Assembly: GCA_902625325.1 (NCBI GenBank)
Contig: CACOAW010000003.1
Span: 19,097 to 83,096, forward strand
Length of the DNA stretch: 64,000 nt
Origin: an uncultured Candidatus Poseidoniales archaeon
GTDB taxonomy: Archaea; Thermoplasmatota; Poseidoniia; Poseidoniales; Thalassarchaeaceae
Reading direction: 5' to 3'
Below, one piece after another: positions 57,309 to 64,000 of the stretch. The translations under genes and the position numbers were made by a program. The notes below the pieces were generated by a model, which saw nothing but the letters and a program-made list of their open reading frames with translations, searched no databases and was not told the origin of the DNA. Position 1 is the stretch's first letter; every line of letters starts with the position of its first letter.

Positions 57309-58739
57309 ATGCAACATGCCGAAGTCACAGCTTCTACGACACAAGATTACTTAGTCGCCGACATATCCCTGGCTGAACTTGGCAGAAAAGAAATTGCGAT
57401 TGCCGAACACGAAATGCCAGGGCTTATGGCAATAAGAGAAAAATTCTCCACTTCTAAACCTCTCCAAGACGTCCGAATTACGGGTTCACTTCACATGACT
57501 ATTCAGACAGCCGTTTTGATAGAAACATTGGTAGATTTGGGAGCCTCAGTAAGGTGGGCAAGTTGCAATATATTTTCCACTCAAGATCATGCCGCCGCCG
57601 CGATAGCAGAATCTGGAACTCCCGTCTTTGCCTGGAAGGGAATGTCCTTAGAGGAATACTGGGATTGTACTCTGCTCGCTCTCAGCCATCCGGATGGTAA
57701 GGGGCCCCAGTTAATCGTAGACGATGGAGGCGATGCAACGCTCCTGATACACAAGGGCTACGAACTGGAGAATGGCAGTGAGTGGGTAGAAACTCCGTCT
57801 GAAAGTCACGAAGAGCAGTGCATCAAGGATATCCTAAGAAGAGTCAATTCGGAATCTCAAAATTTCTGGCACCATGTCGTCGAGGATTGTCAAGGAGTTT
57901 CGGAGGAAACCACCACAGGAGTCCTCAGGTTGAAACAAATGGTTTCGGGAAACTCACTACTGTTCCCTGCAATAAACGTAAACGACTCAGTCACCAAGTC
58001 AAAGTTTGACAATCTCTATGGATGCAGGGAATCTCTCATTGATGGGATTAAGAGGGCTACTGATGTTATGATTTCAGGAAAGACAGCCGTGGTTTGTGGC
58101 TATGGAGATGTGGGCAAAGGATCAGCACAGGCGCTAAAATCCCAAGGTGCCAAGGTAATTGTAACCGAGGTCGATCCTATCTGTGCTCTGCAAGCCTCCA
58201 TGGAGGGATTCCAGGTCCTCACTCTAGACGACACTCTTGGTTCTGCGGACATCTATGTGACTGCGACTGGAAACAGGGACGTAATCACCTTGGAGCATAT
58301 GGAGAAGATGAAAGACCAGGCAATCGTTTGCAACATAGGCCACTTCGACAATGAGATTCAGGTCGAAAGTCTAGAGTCCAGCTCAGCCACACATGTTAAC
58401 ATCAAGCCACAGGTCGATAAGTATACTTTCTCCTCTGGGAATAGCATCTACCTACTCGCATCGGGAAGGCTGGTCAATCTTGGGTGCGCCACAGGTCACC
58501 CGAGCTTCGTAATGTCAACTAGTTTTGCAAACCAAGTACTAGCACAAATTGATTTATGGAAGAATCGTAATAGTTACGAGAATATCGTATACACCCTGCC
58601 GAAGCATCTCGATGAGGAGGTAGCCCGTTTGCATCTTTCCAAGATAGGGGCAAAACTTACTATCCTTTCAGACGAGCAAGCAGACTACATCAACGTCCCA
58701 GTGGAGGGCCCTTTCAAGAAAGATGAGTACCGCTACTGA
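57309..58739 (+). CDS. ahcY: Adenosylhomocysteinase (form with internal insertion)
   Basis: [46 protein letters not shown] and GHPSFVMS. Confidence 0.97.
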   Translation: MQHAEVTASTTQDYLVADISLAELGRKEIAIAEHEMPGLMAIREKFSTSKPLQDVRITGSLHMTIQTAVLIETLVDLGASVRWASCNIFSTQDHAAAAIAESGTPVFAWKGMSLEEYWDCTLLALSHPDGKGPQLIVDDGGDATLLIHKGYELENGSEWVETPSESHEEQCIKDILRRVNSESQNFWHHVVEDCQGVSEETTTGVLRLKQMVSGNSLLFPAINVNDSVTKSKFDNLYGCRESLIDGIKRATDVMISGKTAVVCGYGDVGKGSAQALKSQGAKVIVTEVDPICALQASMEGFQVLTLDDTLGSADIYVTATGNRDVITLEHMEKMKDQAIVCNIGHFDNEIQVESLESSSATHVNIKPQVDKYTFSSGNSIYLLASGRLVNLGCATGHPSFVMSTSFANQVLAQIDLWKNRNSYENIVYTLPKHLDEEVARLHLSKIGAKLTILSDEQADYINVPVEGPFKKDEYRY

Positions 58740-59521
58740 TTTTCTTTGGATAACTTATCATTGTCAGACAGAACTGAATCCAACAGGCCTGCTTCAATCC
58801 CTAACTGTTTGAACTTGGCTCTGATGGCAATCGTGTCCTTGGGCAGGCAACTCCCTCCGAAACCCATCTTCCCCTCGATCTCGTCCAAATGCGAATCGAC
58901 TATTCCCCGCTCCTGGGGGTGAGTAATGATGCGTTTTACGACCTCCCAATCCTGCTCTAGATTATTCGAAAGGCGCTGGAAGTGGTTGCCGAAGATGACT
59001 TTTATCGCGTAGAATGAGTTTTTGGCGTACTTGACGATCTCCGCCTCGGTGGGGCTGACGTGAAAGAAATCTCCCTCCAACAGTATCCCCGAACGATTGT
59101 GATGCTTCAGAACAAGATTAGCCAAGTCATCGTGGTGAGTGCCCACAACCAGTATTTTCTGATTCCTGAAGTCTTCGTCTGCGCTCTCCGCCCTGATGAA
59201 TTCCGGCGAGCACGCTATTCTTAGGCTAGGGAACTCATCATGAAAATCCTGCGAGGTCCCTGGAATCACAGTGCTCTTTATGATGGCAGAGAAACCATCC
59301 GGCAGAGCCTCCAGGACGGATCTGACGATGCTAGTGTCGCATTGCCCAGTTTCATAGTCTGTGGGAGTGGGTACTGCGATATACGCGGCATCACAGTTAT
59401 CTGTGACATCCGATAATTTCGTCCCAAGGTTGGGGTCGTGAATGATAATATCGTGATGCCCCTCGAATCCCCTTTGAATCGCCCTGCCAACGGTTCCAAA
59501 GCCGATAATGCCAATCCGCAA
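58733..59521 (-). CDS. Short UDP-glucose/GDP-mannose dehydrogenase family protein lacking the C-terminal domain
   Basis: [30 protein letters not shown] and [10 protein letters not shown]; ends at 262 aa. Confidence 0.82.
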   Translation of the reverse strand: MRIGIIGFGTVGRAIQRGFEGHHDIIIHDPNLGTKLSDVTDNCDAAYIAVPTPTDYETGQCDTSIVRSVLEALPDGFSAIIKSTVIPGTSQDFHDEFPSLRIACSPEFIRAESADEDFRNQKILVVGTHHDDLANLVLKHHNRSGILLEGDFFHVSPTEAEIVKYAKNSFYAIKVIFGNHFQRLSNNLEQDWEVVKRIITHPQERGIVDSHLDEIEGKMGFGGSCLPKDTIAIRAKFKQLGIEAGLLDSVLSDNDKLSKENQ

Positions 59522-59572
59522 ACAGATACCCAGCCCCCGCTCCTAGGGCGGCAATATGGTTCTGTCGAGTGC

Positions 59573-60589
59573 TCAATCAGCCTCTATCATTCGATTCAGG
59601 ATCTTCAGAAGGCCCCGTAGAGTTACCTCGCTGATCCCTGAGACAGAGCAGACCTCGCTTTGGGTCCTAGGGGAGGTGCTGTTCTGGGATGCGAAGTAGA
59701 TGACAACTCCTGCTATTCCCGAGGGCTTCTTTCCTTGCCATGAGAGATCATGCTTCACTTGTTCCCAGATTTCTCTAGCCATTCCGAGAACAGCAGGGGG
59801 GAGCCCAAGGTCAGAGTGGAACTTCTCGAAGTACTCCTCTGGGCCAGTAATGTGGTGAGTCCCCAAATTCCTAGCTACTAGCCTGATGGTCCTCTTGAGC
59901 TCCTTAACCTCTACCTCAGAAATCATGTCGAAGGCCTCCCCAATGTCCTCGATCTTCCTAGGTATCTTTGCCTCTCTAGCCGCGATATAGACGCATGCAG
60001 CGGTTACTCCCCTGATGCTCCTTCCGGTGACCAGTCCTCTCTCAACAGAATGCCTATACAGTGAGGCTGCCTCTTGTTCTATCTGAGGGGTTAGGTCTCC
60101 CCTGTCTCTGATGAATTGCATCGCCACTGCAAGGTTCCTGCTCCTGCTGTCCCTGGTCTTGCTCCTCTGGTCTATCCTCTGCCTTCTCCTCCAATCTCTG
60201 AGGGCTTTACCGGACAAGCCATGTCTCTTCGCACCTCCAGATGTCAGATCTGACCTCCTGATTTCAGTGGAGAGGCCCTTGTCAGACAAAGTCAAAGTGG
60301 TTGGGGCGCCAACCCTGCTTCGATCGTCCCCATTTGAGTGATTGACCCACTCCGCCCCGGGGTCGATCATATTCTCTGAAGCAACATATCCACAATCGGA
60401 ACAGACTGTCTCTCCTCTGACGTCATCCGAATCCCAAGAGATGCTCCCACAGACCTCGCATGAGCCCTCCACGGACTCCACCCTTCTTGCCCTAGAGGGT
60501 CTTGATCCGGTTGCCAATGTTCCGTTACGACCCCTCTTTCGGTTTTTCTTGGCAACTTTGGACTTTCCAGATGTGGTCCTATCCATCAT
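59573..60589 (-). CDS. tfb: Transcription initiation factor IIB
   Basis: Zn ribbon CEVC...CSDCG, ID.G.EW, R.GAP, GRS....AA.VY.A.R, G..P.G.A and TQ.EV....SEVT. A GGAGG sequence precedes ATG 60589. Confidence 0.93.
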   Translation of the reverse strand: MMDRTTSGKSKVAKKNRKRGRNGTLATGSRPSRARRVESVEGSCEVCGSISWDSDDVRGETVCSDCGYVASENMIDPGAEWVNHSNGDDRSRVGAPTTLTLSDKGLSTEIRRSDLTSGGAKRHGLSGKALRDWRRRQRIDQRSKTRDSRSRNLAVAMQFIRDRGDLTPQIEQEAASLYRHSVERGLVTGRSIRGVTAACVYIAAREAKIPRKIEDIGEAFDMISEVEVKELKRTIRLVARNLGTHHITGPEEYFEKFHSDLGLPPAVLGMAREIWEQVKHDLSWQGKKPSGIAGVVIYFASQNSTSPRTQSEVCSVSGISEVTLRGLLKILNRMIEAD

Positions 60590-60621
60590 ATCAACCTCCA
60601 GTTGTATAGTCAACACCGACA

Positions 60622-60629
60622 TATATAAA
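60622..60629 (-). promoter_or_regulatory. TATA box of tfb
   Basis: TTTATATA on the minus strand, about 33-40 nt upstream of the ATG, leaving room for the GGAGG leader. Confidence 0.5.
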
Positions 60630-60706
60630 CTCTGGTAATTTTTGATTTCTACTTCTCATACGGAACCTCCGAGTTGTTTTTCCACCGACCCTCTCCACAA
60701 TCATAC

Positions 60707-61840
60707 ATGAGCGGCGCACCGGTGCGAACCTCTCTGTACCAATCGCACATCTCAGAGGGGGCGAATATGATTGACTTCCATGGATACGAGTTGCCAATCT
60801 GGTACTCATCGATACAGGAGGAGCACCTGGCGACACGTAACTCAGCAGGGCTATTCGACGTATCCCACATGGGCCTGTTCCGATTCGTTGGGGAGGGAGT
60901 TCGCTCATGGTTGAGCTCAGTATCCACTCAAGAGTATATTAAGTTCCAACCGGGGAGATGCGGATACAGCCATTTCTTGGATCACGAAGGACATATCATC
61001 GACGATATGATCTTCGCCATTCCAAGTGAAAAAGAAGTACTGGGAGTGCCAAACTCTACCATGGTCAGTATCGTCTTTGATTGGCTTTCCACCAACCTTC
61101 CCTCGGATGGGTCAGTCAAGATTGAGGATCTATCACAAGAAACCAGCATTATTGCACTGCAGGGGCCTAAGTCGGGGGCAGTTCTGGAGAATATCCTCGG
61201 AAGGGGGAACCGTATTAAGAGATTCAGATGCCAAGAGATAGCTAGTAACGAACTTGGATTGACTGGATGGATTCAGGGGACTGGTTACACAGGAGAGGAA
61301 GGAGTGGAGATATTCATCTCAAATGAAGACTCTACTCATCTCTGGGAGGCATTAATTTCGCATCCGGACGTGTCTCCAGTGGGCCTTGGGGCGAGAGATA
61401 CTCTAAGATTGGAGAAAGGGTACTTGCTCTCTGGTCAAGATTTCCTTTGGCCCGAAATTTCAGAGGATACTAATTTCCCCCCAGGTTTTCTTGGAAGGAC
61501 TACCGCCCAAACTGCCGTTCCTTTCGGTTTAGACCTAAATCACGAATTTATTGGGAGAGAAGCATTGGTAATTTCCATGGACAGTGGCTCTAAACTTTGG
61601 GGCATTGAATGCCTGGAAAGGGGGCCATCGCCACGCCCAGGCCACAAAGTTATGGACGGCCAAGGAGAAGACTCCAGAATCATCGGTTATGTAACTAGTG
61701 GAGGGCCATCTCCGAGCAAGAAGATGACTGGAATCGCCCTGGGATACCTTGAAAATTGTAAGGCTGGCGACGAAGTATGGATTCAATCTAGCAATAGGAG
61801 AAGAATCAGGTCTGAAGTGAAGACACCACCTTTCGTCTGA
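60707..61840 (+). CDS. gcvT: Glycine cleavage system aminomethyltransferase T
   Basis: RT.LY..H...GA.M.DF.G, EH.A.R...GLFDVSHMG, ALQGP, TGYTGE.G.E and GLGARD.LRLE.G. Confidence 0.92.
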   Translation: MSGAPVRTSLYQSHISEGANMIDFHGYELPIWYSSIQEEHLATRNSAGLFDVSHMGLFRFVGEGVRSWLSSVSTQEYIKFQPGRCGYSHFLDHEGHIIDDMIFAIPSEKEVLGVPNSTMVSIVFDWLSTNLPSDGSVKIEDLSQETSIIALQGPKSGAVLENILGRGNRIKRFRCQEIASNELGLTGWIQGTGYTGEEGVEIFISNEDSTHLWEALISHPDVSPVGLGARDTLRLEKGYLLSGQDFLWPEISEDTNFPPGFLGRTTAQTAVPFGLDLNHEFIGREALVISMDSGSKLWGIECLERGPSPRPGHKVMDGQGEDSRIIGYVTSGGPSPSKKMTGIALGYLENCKAGDEVWIQSSNRRRIRSEVKTPPFV

Positions 61841-61906
61841 AATCAATTTTTAGCTTGAACAACAATAAAATGCAGACTCAATTAGGCTTAATTCGGAGGA
61901 TTAGTT

Positions 61907-63151
61907 TTGGCATACTTTTTCACTTCTGAATCAGTATCTGAGGGACATCCCGACAAACTCTGCGATATGATATCGGACGCCATCTTGGACGAGTGCCTAT
62001 CCATAGACCCCGGAGCAAGAGTTGCAGTAGAGACTATGGTAAAGGGAACAGACTCTAGAAGCTATATTTTCATCGGTGGAGAGGTTACCATGGCCTCCAA
62101 CAATGCCGTAGATTACGAGAGAGTAGCCAGAAGAACGGCCCTTGAGATAGGGTACGATGACCACTCAGTAGGGATGGACGCCGCTAGTGAAGATCTTTGC
62201 CAGGTAGTAGTTAGAATAACCCAGCAATCTCCAGACATCTCGCAAGGAGTTGACCAAGGCAAGGGACTGCATCTGGAGCAGGGAGCAGGGGACCAGGGTC
62301 TGATGTTTGGTTTCGCCTCCAACGAAACAGAGGGATTCCAAGACCTACAGGGGATGTTCATGCCCCTTCCAGCGGCTTTAGCCCAATTGCTAACCTCCAA
62401 GATGTCGGCCTCGATGAAGAATGGGTCCCTCCCCTGGGCTCGACCCGACTCAAAAAGCCAGGTCACCATACGATATGGCGATGATGGAAAACCCTCTTCC
62501 GTGGACACAGTGGTAATCGCCATACAGCACGATGATTTGGCCAAAGAGAAGTTCGAAGGAAGTGAAAGGGAAGAGCACAGTTACATTTGCTCGGAAATCA
62601 TGGAGCATGTGATAAAGACAGTAATTCCCACTTCTCTTTTGGACAGAAATACGAAGATCATCATCAACGGTACGGGGAGGTTTGTTCTTGGTGGTCCCCA
62701 TGCCGATGCGGGTTTGACTGGTAGGAAGATTATCGTGGACACCTATGGGGGGATGGGGAGACACGGAGGGGGGGCCTTCAGCGGAAAGGACCCAAGCAAG
62801 GTCGATAGGTCTGCAGCATATGCTGCTAGATGGGCTGCTAAACACGTCGTCGCCAGTGGCATTGCGGATAAATGCGAGATACAGTTGGCTTATGCTATCG
62901 GGGTGGCAGAACCAGTAAGCGTCTACGTCAATACAATGGGCACCGGATCGGTCGAAGACGACAAAATCTCGATTAGAGTGGCCAATTTATTTGACTTCAG
63001 GCCACAGGCAATCATTGAGAAACTCTCCCTACGAACTCCGATATACTCTTCTTCTGCTTCTGGAGGGCATTTTGGCAGGAATCCAGATTCCGAGGGGAGG
63101 TTCTCCTGGGAGTCCCTGGACCATGAAATATTGGAATCTCTGAAAGGCTAG
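61907..63151 (+). CDS. metK: S-adenosylmethionine synthetase, bacterial/eukaryote type
   Basis: FTSESVSEGHPDK, QS.DI, GAGDQG, GLTGRKIIVDTYGG and GGGAFSGKD.SKVDRS; GGAGGA upstream of the TTG start. Confidence 0.96.
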   Translation: MAYFFTSESVSEGHPDKLCDMISDAILDECLSIDPGARVAVETMVKGTDSRSYIFIGGEVTMASNNAVDYERVARRTALEIGYDDHSVGMDAASEDLCQVVVRITQQSPDISQGVDQGKGLHLEQGAGDQGLMFGFASNETEGFQDLQGMFMPLPAALAQLLTSKMSASMKNGSLPWARPDSKSQVTIRYGDDGKPSSVDTVVIAIQHDDLAKEKFEGSEREEHSYICSEIMEHVIKTVIPTSLLDRNTKIIINGTGRFVLGGPHADAGLTGRKIIVDTYGGMGRHGGGAFSGKDPSKVDRSAAYAARWAAKHVVASGIADKCEIQLAYAIGVAEPVSVYVNTMGTGSVEDDKISIRVANLFDFRPQAIIEKLSLRTPIYSSSASGGHFGRNPDSEGRFSWESLDHEILESLKG

Positions 63152-63156
63152 ATGAT

Positions 63157-64000
63157 CTATCGCAATCTGTGAACTCCGTATACCCAATGGCTCCTGTACT
63201 CTGAGTGGCTCCCCTTGCCTTGTTCTGCAATCTCAGCTAATGCTATCTTCAGCGCGCCCCTGATCGCCTCATCTCTTTCCTCACCAGGAAGTAACGGAGC
63301 CGCTATCTCCGATAGTCTAGGGACCATTGCAAATCTCTCTGCGTCATCATTTGAGAAACCTATTACTTCATCATGGATTTCAGAAGAGAACCCAACCGCA
63401 CTCAGGGCATCAAGTATCACATCCATCGAGTATGGCCCTGGAAAAATCCTATCCAGCATTCCCTCATGTTGCAATACATCTTCATTACTCATTTCTGAGA
63501 GCCTAGTAGCTCTGATTTCATCATGTCTTAGAATCTCCCTTACGGCTCGGTACGGGTCATGCAGGAGGGCAGAATGGTCAGGTCTGAAATCGCTTTCTAA
63601 GTCTCCACTATCCCAGATGAACACCCCATCTTCTTTGAGGCTACTAGAAAACTGAGATGCCAAATCTCGAATCGCCCTTTTTGGGACTAGGTGCATGGTT
63701 GAAGAGGAAATAATCACGTCCGCCTTCCTTCCTCCGAGCATGTCTTCCAGCCTTCTGAAGGATGATTTCCCGGAATCATCCTTCTCGATTGATAACTCGA
63801 AGTGCACGTTCGGTCTGCCTTTGAGCAAGTCTCTGGCCTTGGAAAACCAAGAAACAAGCGGGTCGATAAGAACCAGACTAATCTCCATGCCCCTTTTCTC
63901 AACCTCTTTTAGCAATTCTATTGCGGATCCGCCAGTTCCACTCCCATAGTCCACTACTAGAGAACCCTCCTTGATGTTAGGAACGACTAGTTGGACCAAC
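63157..64000 (-). CDS. Class I SAM-dependent methyltransferase (5' end beyond the window)
   Basis: VVDYGSGTGG, LIDP, ADVIISS..MH and L..DG.F. Confidence 0.8.
   Translation of the reverse strand, partial: LVQLVVPNIKEGSLVVDYGSGTGGSAIELLKEVEKRGMEISLVLIDPLVSWFSKARDLLKGRPNVHFELSIEKDDSGKSSFRRLEDMLGGRKADVIISSSTMHLVPKRAIRDLASQFSSSLKEDGVFIWDSGDLESDFRPDHSALLHDPYRAVREILRHDEIRATRLSEMSNEDVLQHEGMLDRIFPGPYSMDVILDALSAVGFSSEIHDEVIGFSNDDAERFAMVPRLSEIAAPLLPGEERDEAIRGALKIALAEIAEQGKGSHSEYRSHWVYGVHRLR

Noticed and set aside
1..64000. CRISPR array, rRNA, transposase, prophage or defence genes, tRNA introns
   Set aside because: No regularly spaced repeats, rRNA-like segments or matching protein motifs were seen, and all four tRNAs fold without introns.

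Overview
A gene-dense archaeal chromosome segment. The archaeal markers (PolD small subunit, TFB, NOB1, archaeal-type PheS, MoaD/SAMP) sit beside many bacterial-type metabolic genes (class II CCA enzyme, SufS/E/T, FolD, MetK, AhcY) and an SPDG-W-G-W-PAPP motif. This mix best fits Marine Group II (Ca. Poseidoniales); that assignment is inference. The window has four parts. (1) 1-14.8 kb: housekeeping genes with tRNA-Val, tRNA-Glu and tRNA-Thr, plus a GcvH paralogue that has lost its lipoyl lysine. (2) 14.8-21.6 kb: the most unusual locus, a six-gene exported cluster made of three paralogous pairs. These are two SCO copper chaperones with different domains inserted in the same loop, two His-rich LVIVD-type beta-propellers, and two membrane-anchored cupredoxin-like proteins whose mature chains should begin with His. 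It is a candidate undescribed surface copper-enzyme system. (3) After tRNA-Ala and ppsA, a mostly AT-rich surface-glycan island at about 24.5-57.2 kb. It encodes MBOAT+SGNH acylation, GlmS, the GDP-fucose pathway with a NodZ-like transferase, a HAD/nucleotidyltransferase module, WecB/WecC, a QueC-like PP-loop enzyme, a ~2100-aa multi-glycosyltransferase and a Wzm/Wzt-type ABC exporter. (4) 57.3-64 kb: ahcY, a short UDP-sugar dehydrogenase, tfb, gcvT, metK and a methyltransferase. I saw no CRISPR array, rRNA, integrase or transposase. All calls come from motif recognition by eye; no database searches were run.
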